A stretch of DNA of 64,000 nucleotides, taken from contig CBDDCX010000008.1 in NCBI GenBank assembly GCA_965226375.1, forward strand, positions 1,408,001 to 1,472,000. Reading direction: 5' to 3'. The notes beneath the pieces are model-generated. The model was not told the origin of the DNA. It saw only the letters and a list, made by a program, of their open reading frames with translations, and made no database searches. Below, in pieces: positions 10,112-21,593 of the stretch. Position numbers and translations under genes: made by a program. Each line of letters starts with the position of its first letter. Positions within the stretch are counted from its first letter, which is position 1. Source of the stretch: Longimicrobiales bacterium. Lineage in GTDB: Bacteria > Gemmatimonadota > Gemmatimonadetes > Longimicrobiales > Gaopeijiaceae.

Positions 10112-11245
10112 ATGAATGTTGCCGTTCTCGGTGAAACCAAGCCCGGAGAGACGCGGGTTGCGCTGATCCCTTCAACCGTCGGTGAGCTGGCCAAGATCGG
10201 GTGCGACGTTACGGTCGCCTCCGGTGCGGGCGTGGCATCTCACTTCGCGGATGAGGAATACACGGCGGCCGGAGCCACAGTCGTCCCGGATGCGGCCTCG
10301 GCGATGCGGGGAGCCCAGATCGTGGTAAAGGTCCAGGCTCCGAGCGATGAAGAAGTCGGGGGACTCCCGAACGGGGTGGTTCTCGTGTCGCTACTGTCTC
10401 CCCTAACGGAGCCCGAGCTGATCGGGCGTCTGGGCAAAGCTGGAGTCACCGCCTTCGCGCTGGAGCTGATCCCGCGCATCACCCGGGCTCAGAGCATGGA
10501 TGTGCTTTCCTCTCAGGCTACTGTGGCCGGGTACAAGGCCGTGCTCATGGGCGCCGACGCGCTGAGCAAGTTTCTCCCCATGTTCATGACCGCTGCCAGC
10601 ACCATCCGGCCGGGCAAGGTTCTGGTCCTGGGTGCGGGAGTGGCCGGACTGCAGGCCATCGCCACCGCTCGGCGTCTCGGAGCCAAGGTGGAGGCGTTCG
10701 ACGTGAGACCCGAGGTGAAGGAACAGATCGAAAGCCTTGGCGCGTCGTTCCTGGAGACGGAGCATGACGTCTCCGCCGAGGGCGAGGGCGGATACGCCAA
10801 GGAGCTCAGCGAGGAGCAGCACCAACGTGAGTTGGAGCTCATCGCAGCCCATATTGCCGATACGGACCTGGTGGTTACGACCGCTCAAATTCCGGGCCGT
10901 CCCGCACCCCGGCTCATAACCGAAGAGATGGTCGACTCCATGCGCCCGGGATCGGTGATCATCGATCTCGCCGCCTCGTCCGGCGGAAATTGTGCCGGCT
11001 CCGTCGATGGCGAAACCGTGATCCGCAACGGCGTCAAGATCATCGGGCCCGCGAACCTTCCCGCCGGAATTCCGGTGCACGCTAGCCAGATGTTCGCCAA
11101 GAACGTGGCCACGCTTCTCAAGGAGTTGGTCACCGACGGTGAGCTCTCCTTGGATTTCGAGGATGAAATCGTCGCTGGCACGTGCGTGACGCACGGCGGT
11201 GAGGTCCGACATGGACCCACGAAGGAGCGGCTCAGGCTCGCATGA
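10112..11245 (+). CDS. pntAA: NAD(P) transhydrogenase alpha subunit, part 1 (dI)
   Basis: GETRVALIP, RITRAQSMDVLSSQ, GAGVAGLQAI, GGYAKE. Confidence 0.95.
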   Translation: MNVAVLGETKPGETRVALIPSTVGELAKIGCDVTVASGAGVASHFADEEYTAAGATVVPDAASAMRGAQIVVKVQAPSDEEVGGLPNGVVLVSLLSPLTEPELIGRLGKAGVTAFALELIPRITRAQSMDVLSSQATVAGYKAVLMGADALSKFLPMFMTAASTIRPGKVLVLGAGVAGLQAIATARRLGAKVEAFDVRPEVKEQIESLGASFLETEHDVSAEGEGGYAKELSEEQHQRELELIAAHIADTDLVVTTAQIPGRPAPRLITEEMVDSMRPGSVIIDLAASSGGNCAGSVDGETVIRNGVKIIGPANLPAGIPVHASQMFAKNVATLLKELVTDGELSLDFEDEIVAGTCVTHGGEVRHGPTKERLRLA

Positions 11246-11332
11246 CCAGGAGCCCACATACAGTGACTCTGAAGGGCCGAACCCCACTCGGCCCACTTCC
11301 ACATACAGCATCACCAATAGAAGGAGGACTTG

Positions 11333-11611
11333 ATGGGCGAGATGGTCGTTGGACTCTACGTCTTCGTCCTGGCTACCGTGGCCGGTCGTGAGCTGATCAC
11401 CAAGGTTCCCCCGACTCTGCATACGCCCCTCATGTCGGGGGCCAACGCCATCTCGGGCATCGCTATCGTCGGAGCCCTGGTGGTTTCGTCGCAGGTCGAT
11501 TCGGGGTTGTCGGAGATTCTCGGGATCGCGGCCATTGTCATGGCCATGATCAATGTGGTCGGTGGCTTCATGGTGACCGATCGCATGCTCCAGATGTTCA
11601 AGAAGAGCTAG
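11333..11611 (+). CDS. pntAB: NAD(P) transhydrogenase alpha subunit, part 2
   Basis: KVPPTLHTPLMSGANAISG, NVVGGFMVTDRML; AGGAGG RBS. Confidence 0.95.
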   Translation: MGEMVVGLYVFVLATVAGRELITKVPPTLHTPLMSGANAISGIAIVGALVVSSQVDSGLSEILGIAAIVMAMINVVGGFMVTDRMLQMFKKS

Positions 11612-11636
11612 ACGACCACTCAAGGGAGCAAATCAA

Positions 11637-13040
<1,404 letters not shown>

Positions 13041-13042
13041 CC

Positions 13043-13525
13043 GTGCCACCGCCAGACGCAGCACCGATGGAGCGAATCGATCGTGTCCGTCAGCAGGAGC
13101 GCATCGTGCAGGTGGTGGCGGGAGCGCTCATGGCGGGGGTGGCGACCCTGGGTGGGGTCGCCTACTTCCTAGTTCGCTCGAACGTTTGGGCGCCGATGGA
13201 CGAGGCGGTGGGATCGATCATTCTCTACGCGGGAATAGGGGTCATGGTCGTGGGTTTGCTCACGGCTCCAATGCTCGGTGCCCGACTTCGGGGCTCGCTC
13301 AGCCGCCTCCCTGAACATGAGGTCGTGCAGCGGTACGCGGCCTCGGTCATCGTGCCCCAGGCGGTGCGGGAGGGCGTCGGCATAATGGGTGTGATGAGCG
13401 GGATGCTCGCGGGATCGTCGATCTGGATCCTGATCTTTGCCGCGGCCTCGGTCGGCAGCCAAGTGGTTTCCTTTCCGCGGTCAGGAGATCTGGAGGAGCA
13501 CCTGCGGCGGAGGTCCGGCCCTTAG
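13043..13525 (+). CDS. Hypothetical membrane protein
   Basis: About four hydrophobic segments; directly follows pntB. Confidence 0.7.
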   Translation: MPPPDAAPMERIDRVRQQERIVQVVAGALMAGVATLGGVAYFLVRSNVWAPMDEAVGSIILYAGIGVMVVGLLTAPMLGARLRGSLSRLPEHEVVQRYAASVIVPQAVREGVGIMGVMSGMLAGSSIWILIFAAASVGSQVVSFPRSGDLEEHLRRRSGP

Positions 13526-13533
13526 ACCCGACC

Positions 13534-15072
13534 TCAGTCCGATGAAGCCTCGTTTGCAGCCGAGGCCAGGAGCTCCCAAACCCGGCGCACGTGCTTTTCG
13601 GTGGAGCGCAGGTTCCCCACCGACAACCGAAGCGCCACCCGTCCGTGGAGTCGAGTGTGCGACAGGAACGCTTCCCCGCTGTCATTCACTCGTTTCAGGA
13701 TCGCCATGTTGACCCCATCCTGAAGTCGTCCCGCATCGGAAGCCCCATCTACGGCCCCCAGCCCTTCCACGTCTCGGCTCTTCCCGGCGGAGCCCCGGGT
13801 TGCAGTCGTAGGCACATGTCTGAACACCACCGTGCTGAACGGAACCGGAGCCACCCGCTCCCAACCCGGAGTCGCGTCCACAAGCCCGGCAAAGATCGAA
13901 GCGAGCCCGCAGTGGGTCCGTATCCGCTCCGCGATTCCCTCGCTCCCGAAATAGCGCAGCACGAACCAGAGTTTGAGGGCCCGCAGTCGGCGACCCAACG
14001 ACAGGCCGTAGTCCATGAGGTTGGTGGCGCCGTCTTCACTCGTGGTCAGGTATTCCGGAGTAATGCTGAAGGCCCTTCGCAACTGATCGGGGCGTCTGCA
14101 GTAGAGAATCGAACAGTCGATCGGAGTGAATAACCACTTGTGGGGGTTCAGAACGATGGAGTCGGCTCGCTCCCACCCCGCGAAGCTTGACCTGAGCTCA
14201 GGAACGATCGCTGCCGGGCCGGCGTGCGCCGCGTCCACGTGGAGCCATGTGCCGTACTCCTCCGCGATGTCGGCCAGCTCGTCAACCGGATCCATACTGC
14301 TGGTCGACGTCGTTCCCAGGGTAGCCACAAGGGCGACGGGACGGATGCCCTGTGCCAGATCCTCTTCCAGGGCTCTCCGGAGAGCGTTCGTATCCATACG
14401 AAATTCGTCGTCGGTCTCAATGCGTCGCACGCCGTTGAGGCCGAAGCCCAGAGTGATCCCCGCCTTGTCGATCGAGGAGTGGGATTCCTCCGAGGTATAG
14501 ATGCGACTGACTGGCACCCCGAAGAGGCCGGTCTCGCGTGCCTGCGGAAAGCAGGCCTCGCGAGCCGCACACAGTGCATAGAGCGAGCTGGATGACGCCG
14601 TGTCGTTGATCGCGCCTCGGAAGGCTTTCGGAAGTCCGACGAGCTCACGCACCCAGTCGAGAGTCAGCTCCTCGAGTTCGGTGCCGGCGGGAGAACTTTT
14701 CCACACCATGGCATTGGCGTTGAGCGCCGCCGAGAGCATTTCACCCAAGATCCCCGGAGCCGATCCGGTCACCGCAAAGTAGGCGAAGAACCCGGGGTGA
14801 TTCCAGTGCGTGACCCCGGGGAGAATCTTGGTCTCGAAGTCGTGGAGGATGTCCTCGAAGGGCTCCCCTTCCGAGGGTGCCGAAGTCGGAAGACTCTCCC
14901 GGATCTGGCCAGGAGCCACCGGGGGAAGTACAGGATAGTCTCCCACGCCTGCCAGGTAGTCGGCGATCCAATCCACCACCTCGTGGCCGTGCCGTCGAAA
15001 ATCCTCAGGAGGCATGTCACCCGTTTCCATCCCTCGCGCCGGGACAGTTTCAGGGTGATTCCTATCACTCAT
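13534..15072 (-). CDS. PLP-dependent group II (aromatic-L-amino-acid-type) decarboxylase
   Basis: PGVTHWNHPGFFAYF, WLHVDAA, NPHKW (PLP lysine), LGRRLRALKLWFV. Confidence 0.93.
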   Translation of the reverse strand: MSDRNHPETVPARGMETGDMPPEDFRRHGHEVVDWIADYLAGVGDYPVLPPVAPGQIRESLPTSAPSEGEPFEDILHDFETKILPGVTHWNHPGFFAYFAVTGSAPGILGEMLSAALNANAMVWKSSPAGTELEELTLDWVRELVGLPKAFRGAINDTASSSSLYALCAAREACFPQARETGLFGVPVSRIYTSEESHSSIDKAGITLGFGLNGVRRIETDDEFRMDTNALRRALEEDLAQGIRPVALVATLGTTSTSSMDPVDELADIAEEYGTWLHVDAAHAGPAAIVPELRSSFAGWERADSIVLNPHKWLFTPIDCSILYCRRPDQLRRAFSITPEYLTTSEDGATNLMDYGLSLGRRLRALKLWFVLRYFGSEGIAERIRTHCGLASIFAGLVDATPGWERVAPVPFSTVVFRHVPTTATRGSAGKSRDVEGLGAVDGASDAGRLQDGVNMAILKRVNDSGEAFLSHTRLHGRVALRLSVGNLRSTEKHVRRVWELLASAANEASSD

Positions 15073-15084
15073 GGTCGAGCAGGC

Positions 15085-15693
15085 TCAGTGGGCCCCAGCC
15101 GACAACTCCTCCTCGATGGTATTGAGCTGCTCTTGCACTTCCGTCACCAATTGGGCGGTCGGTACCTTGAGAACGCCGTTCCCCTTGAAGAGGGCGAAGA
15201 AAAGGGCGTCGGTGTGCCCGATGCTCGCATGTGTGACACCACTGTCGAGGAAGCGGTTGAGACGTAGTGCGTCCCCGAGCGAAAACGCGGCACCAAACCG
15301 AGCAGGCGGTGCCTCGAAGAGCAGTCGTAGCACCGCTTCCCGCAGAATCTGGAACTCCTCGACGATCTCCCCGGCGGCCAGGCCGCGCTGGGCTCCCAGC
15401 GACCCGTAAAGCTCCGCCGCCTCTCTCCAAATGGGAGCTACACGTGCGCGATCCTCCCCGACAGCCCGTGGAATAACTGCGGTAAGGAGTGCGAGAAATC
15501 GTTCAAGGAGTCGTTCCATGTCGGCGTCCGGACTGGCCCGGCGGAGAACCTCGTCTACCCAGTGGCGTGACAGGAACTCGATGTTCTGATTGAGCCACTC
15601 CCCAAGCCGATGGGAACTGGATGATGTGTCGCACTGCGGTGAGGGCGATTGTATCGGCTGGATCTCGGTCGGCTGGGCGACGGAATCCCTCAT
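15085..15693 (-). CDS. Stand-alone RsbRD N-terminal-like domain protein
   Basis: YGSLGAQRGLAAGEIVEEFQILRE resembles the helical RsbRD_N sensor domain; the start is uncertain. Confidence 0.6.
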   Translation of the reverse strand: MRDSVAQPTEIQPIQSPSPQCDTSSSSHRLGEWLNQNIEFLSRHWVDEVLRRASPDADMERLLERFLALLTAVIPRAVGEDRARVAPIWREAAELYGSLGAQRGLAAGEIVEEFQILREAVLRLLFEAPPARFGAAFSLGDALRLNRFLDSGVTHASIGHTDALFFALFKGNGVLKVPTAQLVTEVQEQLNTIEEELSAGAH

Positions 15694-15734
15694 AGTGCTC
15701 CAGAGCGAGGCAGAAATGACCAGAAACGAATGTC

Positions 15735-18700
15735 CTAAGGTGCCGAATCCTCCATCCCATCGCCAGGCTGTCCGGGCAACTCATCATCTGCGGTCGCCTG
15801 CGCGCCACCTTCTTCATCCGAATCACCCCAAGCCCTCAGCTGCATCCGAATCACCGTCCCTTCCCCTCGCCCGCTCTCCGCGGTCACCGTGCCACCCCAG
15901 GACTCCACCAGCTTCCGGACGATGGCCAGGCCAAGGCCCGTACCGGCTGAACGAGTGCTGAACTGTGGCTCGAAGATGCGACCTAGAAGCTCCAAGGGGA
16001 TACCGGTACCGTTGTCGCGGACCCGCACCTCCACCGCCAGAGGAACGTGCACGGCCTCGATGGTCACGTGGCCCGTTCCCTCCACCGCTACACGTCCGTT
16101 TTCCAGCAAGTTGAGAAGGACTTCCTTGAATTCGGTCTCGCGCGCGCTAACCAGGGGGAGGTCAACCGGGACCTGAGCCTCGAAATGTACTGGACCCTCC
16201 TCGCCCACCCGGTAGAGGGTCAATACCTCCTGAGCCAGTGATCCCACATCCACCGGCTCGAGGGGAATTTCCCCGGCTGCGGCCGGAGCACCGAACCGTG
16301 AAAAGCCACTGGCAATCTCGGCGAGTCGGTCGATCTCGCTCAGAATCGCCCCGACGTTGCGCTCAAGGATCGACTCGAAGTCCCCGCTCTTATCCTGCCA
16401 GGCCCGTCGAATATGTTGGACGCTCAGCTTGATGGGTGTGAGCGGGTTCTTGACCTCGTGTGCCACCTGACGTGCCATCTCACCCCACGCCAGAATGCGC
16501 TCCGTACGCAGTTCGTCGGTCACATCCTCGATGGACAGCACGACACCACCGGGGCCCTGCCGGGAAATTTCCCTCAACCGGACCCGAATTCGGCGCTCAC
16601 CGACCTGGAACTCGGCCGTCGCCTCCCGGAGGCCGTCGCGGAGTCCCTTCTCCATCCACTGGACCAGCTCTGCCCGTGTCCCTTCGAGCTGTGGTAGCGG
16701 CTCACCCACCTCTACCCTGCCACCGAGCACGTTCTGGGCCCGGGGGTTCACCAACGTTACGTGTCCTTCACGGTCCAGGGCCACGACGCCCGTGGCCGCC
16801 TCATCGACAATGGCCTGGGTCCGCCGCGTAGTCCGGACCAAGTCCCGACGGGCCCGGCTGATACGCAGCACCATTCGGTTGAAGGCCCGGAAGACCGACC
16901 CGAATTCATCGGCCCGCGCGTCGGGAAGCTGCACGGCCAGGTTGCCACCGCCGACCCTCTCCGATGCCACTTGCAGGGTCCGGATCGGACTCGTGAGGGT
17001 CCTTCCGACAAGTAGAGCCAGCCCCAACGACAAGGCGGCACCGATGAGGACAACGAAGGCGACCAACTCGGCCACCTCTCTCTCCCTCAGCGCTGTGGCA
17101 CCGGCCTGAAGAGGCACCTGCGTCGCCACGACGTCTCCGTCCGGAAGCCTCCGAAACGCCATGAGGTACTGTCGCCGGCCGAGATTCCCGAGTGCCGTTT
17201 CCAAAAGTTTCTCACGACTCTCGAGCCGCTGGTTGACCTCAAAGGGAATCCACCCGTCGTACAAGCCCATCTCCACCAGATCATCGACGGAGCCGCCACG
17301 AAGCTCACCCGCTCGATACTCGAGCAGGTCGGCTCCCACTCGACTCGACAGGAGGGTCATGGAGCGCCCGGCTTCGTAGTAGAACGCGGCGGCGTCAGCC
17401 GCGACACGGGCGGCAATGGCCGCGGCAGCGCGTTCGGTGGCCTGCGAGAGGGTACGGAACGCGAGGCTCCCGAAGAGGGCTGCGGAGAGGACGAAGAACC
17501 CGAACAGAGCCCATGTCACTCGTGCGCGGAATGAGGTGAACGGGTTCGTCCAGCTCCTGACCGCGGGCCGCCGACCTACCAAGACGAACTGACCCAGGGT
17601 CCACAGCAGTAGGATGAGGGCCACGTCACCCACGATCAGGAGCGTTCCCCTCGCCACCACCAGCAACGGGCTCGGCAGGTCCACTACGTATTGGGCGTCG
17701 AAACCTCCTCCAGTATAAGAGAAACTCTGGCGAGCCTCCCAGCCGTCGACCGTCCGCACCCATGCCACACCCTCGGCTTGGCTGGCAAGGTCGCCCTCGA
17801 GAATGGGGACGAGTGTCAACGGGGTCTCAGTCGAGGCCGTCGATCCACCGAAGAGCGGGCCGAATGGTGACGCACTCGGAAGCTCTCGGCGGGCTGGAAG
17901 GACGCCGGTGAGGACCCTGCCCCCGCGCAGAGGGACCTGCAACATGTAGTTCGCGTCCCCTGAAGCGAAGCGACGCACGAACGCGGGTTCACCCTGTCGG
18001 GCCTGCTCCAGAAAGTCGTCGGCACGACCCGGTCGTCCACCGTCTACCCCGATGGCGATCTCGAACTCCGGCAGATCACCGGGTGTCCACAGCGTCAGCC
18101 AAACACCCGAACCCTCTTCCGCGAGTCCGCTGTCGACCCAACTCTCATAGAGAAGCTCAGGTGGATCGGCACCCTCTGTATCCAACGAATCCGCCGACTG
18201 CACGAATCTGTGAAGAACGTACTCCAGGTACGGATCCGCCGGGGTGCCGAGCCGGGCCAGTTGCTGTTCGGCCGTATCCATACGGGACTCCACACGGGCA
18301 GCCCAAGAAACAATCAGAGCCGAGGACGCGCCCAGAAGCGCCGCCGACCCCCATGTCACCCAGATTCGGCGCCATCCCCGGAGACCGGACAGACCGAGAG
18401 CGACCAATCCAGCCGGAAGGAACCATGCCGCCGTGCTCCACGCCGGAAGTGTGCCCCCGACGCGCACCGACAGTGCACCCACACCGGCAAGAACCAAAGC
18501 GAGCGCGCCACCGACAAAAAGAGGGATTCCCGCGTGGGGTAGCCGGCGCGCGCGCTCGCCGAGCCTGAATGAAGCGAGACACAGCAGCGTGAACACCAGC
18601 GCCAACCCCAGTTGATAGGCCACCCACTTTCCCTCTCCACCCGACAACAGGGCGGGTCCGGCTCCACCCAAGAGGAGGATCGAGGCCAACGGGAAGGTTA

Positions 18701-19859
18701 CGAGCACCCCCAGACCCGAGACCATCGGGCCGAGGCGAGCGGCGGGCGGAATGTGAGCGGCGGCGACGACGGCGGCGGCGAGCGAGACCAACAGGACTCG
18801 CTCGAATGTCACGGGTAGCGGGCCCGGAAGGACGAAATCGGCTGCCGTGAACACGGGCAACGACCCCATCGCCGCCCCCACGGGGATCAAAAAGGCCAAA
18901 CCCAACGGCGTCAGTGCCGCCGCCGCGCGATCCCACTTTTCCACCCCGGCCGTAATGGCCAGGAGCAACCATGCGATCACCGCCAGCGCGCCGACCACCC
19001 TCGACCAGAAAATCCGGACGTCGCGGAGTCTCTGCTCCTGCGTCGGTCTGACCACAGAAACGCTGAAAAGCGGTTCGTCTTCCCAACTCAGGTCGAGGAC
19101 ATCGTCTCCAGAAGCCCGCTCTGCCCGAAGGATGCGAAGATCCTCACCGACGGCATCGCGGAACGACGTGACGAAGTCCCCCGGATCCGACTGCAGATTC
19201 CGGGGGAGGTTCGCCTTGATCAGCGCCGCAGCCATCGCGGTCCCGCCCCCGTCCATCGGCGCCGTGAAATACAGGTAGCTGAACAGAGGGCGTTCGCGGT
19301 ATAGATAGCGAGCTTCACCGTTGCGGAGCTCGGGCGGTACGATGCCACGATGTGTGCCGTCCCACACTACCAAGTCCCCCGTGGGCCCATAGATCGCGGC
19401 CGCAGTCATCCTGGTCCCTCTCCGAACGGATCGCAGATCCTCGAGAAGGCTTGTGCCGGCGCCACCGACCGCGAGATTTCCGATGCGCGCAACGGCAGAT
19501 TCGCCGGTGGTCAGCAGCCGCTCGAGTCTCCTGTCGAGCGCAATCTCGGCGAGCGTGTTGCGGGCCGCCCAATACGCATCGAAATCTTGTGACACTCGCC
19601 GGCTGACCTCGTGTCCGACGAAACCGGCGACGACGCCGGCCAGGACGACCACACCCGCTATCGTGTGGGCTATTCCGCGCCGAGGTCGAGCTGAGAAAAC
19701 GGACAGGGACGCGACGCTGGAAAACCCCAGCCAGCCAACCCATGGCCATCGTGTCCATGCGGCCAGCCCGAGGACGCCGAGCCAAGGACCGACCCGAGTA
19801 AACGCCAGCCAGGGACCGGAGGAGAAAAATGGAGCAGACGTCTGATCGGGGGCGTTCAT
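15735..19859 (-). CDS. Large multi-TM sensor histidine kinase (HAMP-PAS-HisKA-HATPase, NtrY-like)
   Basis: DEFGSVFRAFNRM (HAMP), AWGEMARQVAHEVKNPLTPI (H box), NLLENG, DNGTGI, GTGLGL. Confidence 0.92.
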   Translation of the reverse strand: MNAPDQTSAPFFSSGPWLAFTRVGPWLGVLGLAAWTRWPWVGWLGFSSVASLSVFSARPRRGIAHTIAGVVVLAGVVAGFVGHEVSRRVSQDFDAYWAARNTLAEIALDRRLERLLTTGESAVARIGNLAVGGAGTSLLEDLRSVRRGTRMTAAAIYGPTGDLVVWDGTHRGIVPPELRNGEARYLYRERPLFSYLYFTAPMDGGGTAMAAALIKANLPRNLQSDPGDFVTSFRDAVGEDLRILRAERASGDDVLDLSWEDEPLFSVSVVRPTQEQRLRDVRIFWSRVVGALAVIAWLLLAITAGVEKWDRAAAALTPLGLAFLIPVGAAMGSLPVFTAADFVLPGPLPVTFERVLLVSLAAAVVAAAHIPPAARLGPMVSGLGVLVTFPLASILLLGGAGPALLSGGEGKWVAYQLGLALVFTLLCLASFRLGERARRLPHAGIPLFVGGALALVLAGVGALSVRVGGTLPAWSTAAWFLPAGLVALGLSGLRGWRRIWVTWGSAALLGASSALIVSWAARVESRMDTAEQQLARLGTPADPYLEYVLHRFVQSADSLDTEGADPPELLYESWVDSGLAEEGSGVWLTLWTPGDLPEFEIAIGVDGGRPGRADDFLEQARQGEPAFVRRFASGDANYMLQVPLRGGRVLTGVLPARRELPSASPFGPLFGGSTASTETPLTLVPILEGDLASQAEGVAWVRTVDGWEARQSFSYTGGGFDAQYVVDLPSPLLVVARGTLLIVGDVALILLLWTLGQFVLVGRRPAVRSWTNPFTSFRARVTWALFGFFVLSAALFGSLAFRTLSQATERAAAAIAARVAADAAAFYYEAGRSMTLLSSRVGADLLEYRAGELRGGSVDDLVEMGLYDGWIPFEVNQRLESREKLLETALGNLGRRQYLMAFRRLPDGDVVATQVPLQAGATALREREVAELVAFVVLIGAALSLGLALLVGRTLTSPIRTLQVASERVGGGNLAVQLPDARADEFGSVFRAFNRMVLRISRARRDLVRTTRRTQAIVDEAATGVVALDREGHVTLVNPRAQNVLGGRVEVGEPLPQLEGTRAELVQWMEKGLRDGLREATAEFQVGERRIRVRLREISRQGPGGVVLSIEDVTDELRTERILAWGEMARQVAHEVKNPLTPIKLSVQHIRRAWQDKSGDFESILERNVGAILSEIDRLAEIASGFSRFGAPAAAGEIPLEPVDVGSLAQEVLTLYRVGEEGPVHFEAQVPVDLPLVSARETEFKEVLLNLLENGRVAVEGTGHVTIEAVHVPLAVEVRVRDNGTGIPLELLGRIFEPQFSTRSAGTGLGLAIVRKLVESWGGTVTAESGRGEGTVIRMQLRAWGDSDEEGGAQATADDELPGQPGDGMEDSAP

Positions 19860-20572
19860 ACGAGTTGAACCACCTGTCCTGGCCTGAAGTTCGTCTGCAC
19901 CTCGAGCGCGATCCCCGACTCATCCTGCCGGTAGGTGCGCTGGATCACCACGGACCCCATCTGCCGCTGGGTGCGAACACGCTCATAGCGGAGCGTGTGG
20001 CCCGCACCCTCTCTTCCCGCCTTCGCATCGTCGTCGCGCCGACCTTCCACTACGGTCTGACGAAACCGGACTGGACGCCGTATGCGGGCACCAGCACACT
20101 TCGCCGGAAGACGTCCCACCGTGCCATCAACGAACTCCTCACAAGTTGGGACGACCACGGAATCGCCGCAGTCGTCGTGATAACCGCACAGCGTCACGAG
20201 CCGCATCTGGAGTCCCGCCTTACGGCTCTGACAAGCAACTCTACGACCGAAGTCGTAGACCTCATGACCATCGACGTCGGAGACTTGGTCGAAGGTCGAC
20301 CCGAACACGAGCGCGGAGGAGAATTGGAAACGTCTCTGCTCCTGCACCTGGCACCGGGACTCGTGCGCATGGACGAGGCCGTGGATTACACGGACCATCC
20401 AGGCCCTCCTGGAAAGTACGTGCAAGGTCGGGTCTCATCACCCCACGCCGACTTCAAGGGTGTCGTGGGCCGTCCCTCCTTGGCCACAGCCGAGAAGGGC
20501 AGAGCCGTCTTCGAGCGCTATATCGCCCTCCTGGAACGGGCTCTGTCGCATGTTCCGGATGTGGACTCCTGA
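19829..20572 (+). CDS. Creatininase family protein
   Basis: LSWPEV, LPVGALDHHGPHLPLG, GGELETS, G.PSLATAEKG. Confidence 0.88.
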   Translation: MEQTSDRGRSYELNHLSWPEVRLHLERDPRLILPVGALDHHGPHLPLGANTLIAERVARTLSSRLRIVVAPTFHYGLTKPDWTPYAGTSTLRRKTSHRAINELLTSWDDHGIAAVVVITAQRHEPHLESRLTALTSNSTTEVVDLMTIDVGDLVEGRPEHERGGELETSLLLHLAPGLVRMDEAVDYTDHPGPPGKYVQGRVSSPHADFKGVVGRPSLATAEKGRAVFERYIALLERALSHVPDVDS

Positions 20573-20609
20573 GGCGTCACGGCCGAACCGCACACAGGGA
20601 TCCGGTGTA

Positions 20610-21326
20610 ATGTCAGGTATGCGTATCCTGTCAGCGTTCCTGGTGGTGGCGGCCGTTCTCCCTCTATCCGCTCCGCTATCCGCTCAGGCGGTAGTGTTGG
20701 ACGAGGGATCGTTCCTTGTGGAGATCGGCGGCCGTCCGGTCGGGACCGAGAGCTTTCGCATCCGCCGCTCCGGCTTCGGCGAGAACGCCCAGGTCATCGC
20801 CCAGGGCACTCTCGAACTCGCTGTCGAAGGCGGTGATCAGACGGTGCAGTCCGCCCTCGGTACGGTGGGAATCGGCATGTCTCTCGACGCATACCAGGTC
20901 AAGGTATCGGGACCCGGAGAGCTTCAGGTTTTTCTTCAGCGTCGGGGTGATCGGCTCGTCGCCGAAACGACCTCGGCCGCGGGGGTCAAAGAACGCCAGT
21001 ACCGGCGTCCATCGTCGCGGACGCCTACGGTGCTTCTCGATCGCTTTCTCGCACACCACTACTTCTTCCTCGGTCCCTATCAGAACCCGGGAGAAACGCG
21101 GATTTCCATCATCTATCCGCGGCCGGGCGGACAGGCCGAGGGGGTACTGCGCATGGGCTCCGTAGAGCCCATTACCCTGGGAGCCCGCACGTTACAAGCC
21201 CAGCACCTGCAACTGGTCCTGGCCGGAGTCGTCCACGAGCTCTGGCTCGACGGCCAGAATCGAGTACTGAGGGTAGAGATCCCCGGAGCCGATTATGTTG
21301 CCATCCGAAGCGCCCCACCCAGTTGA
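20610..21326 (+). CDS. Secreted beta-rich hypothetical protein
   Basis: Signal peptide ending in LSAQ; beta-strand-rich; ends WLDGQNRVLRVEIP. Confidence 0.7.
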   Translation: MSGMRILSAFLVVAAVLPLSAPLSAQAVVLDEGSFLVEIGGRPVGTESFRIRRSGFGENAQVIAQGTLELAVEGGDQTVQSALGTVGIGMSLDAYQVKVSGPGELQVFLQRRGDRLVAETTSAAGVKERQYRRPSSRTPTVLLDRFLAHHYFFLGPYQNPGETRISIIYPRPGGQAEGVLRMGSVEPITLGARTLQAQHLQLVLAGVVHELWLDGQNRVLRVEIPGADYVAIRSAPPS

Positions 21327-21593
21327 GCCCCGTTCTTGTCGTTCGTACGTGACCCCTGACAGCGGGCAGGTCAACTCCTCGTGAAGATCACTCCTCCTCG
21401 ACCCGTAGCCTATGATGTCGGCCCGATATTCCATGTCTTGGCACGGACTTTTCCGCCATCATGACCCGTTGAAACCGGTACGCTCGGGCAAGCGTAGGTC
21501 AGGTGCGACCCAGCGTGGCCCCTGCGGCCGGTTTGAAATCGCCAAACTGAACCCAGCTCAACCTATGCGCCATCCATCATACGGAGGCTTCAC

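Noticed and set aside
19829..19859. Head-to-head overlap of kinase and creatininase starts
   Set aside because: The start codons are uncertain; a later start for either gene removes the overlap.
21439..21453. TGGCACG-GACT-TTTC as a sigma54 promoter for the tolC operon
   Set aside because: The essential -12 GC is missing (TTTC instead of TTGC).
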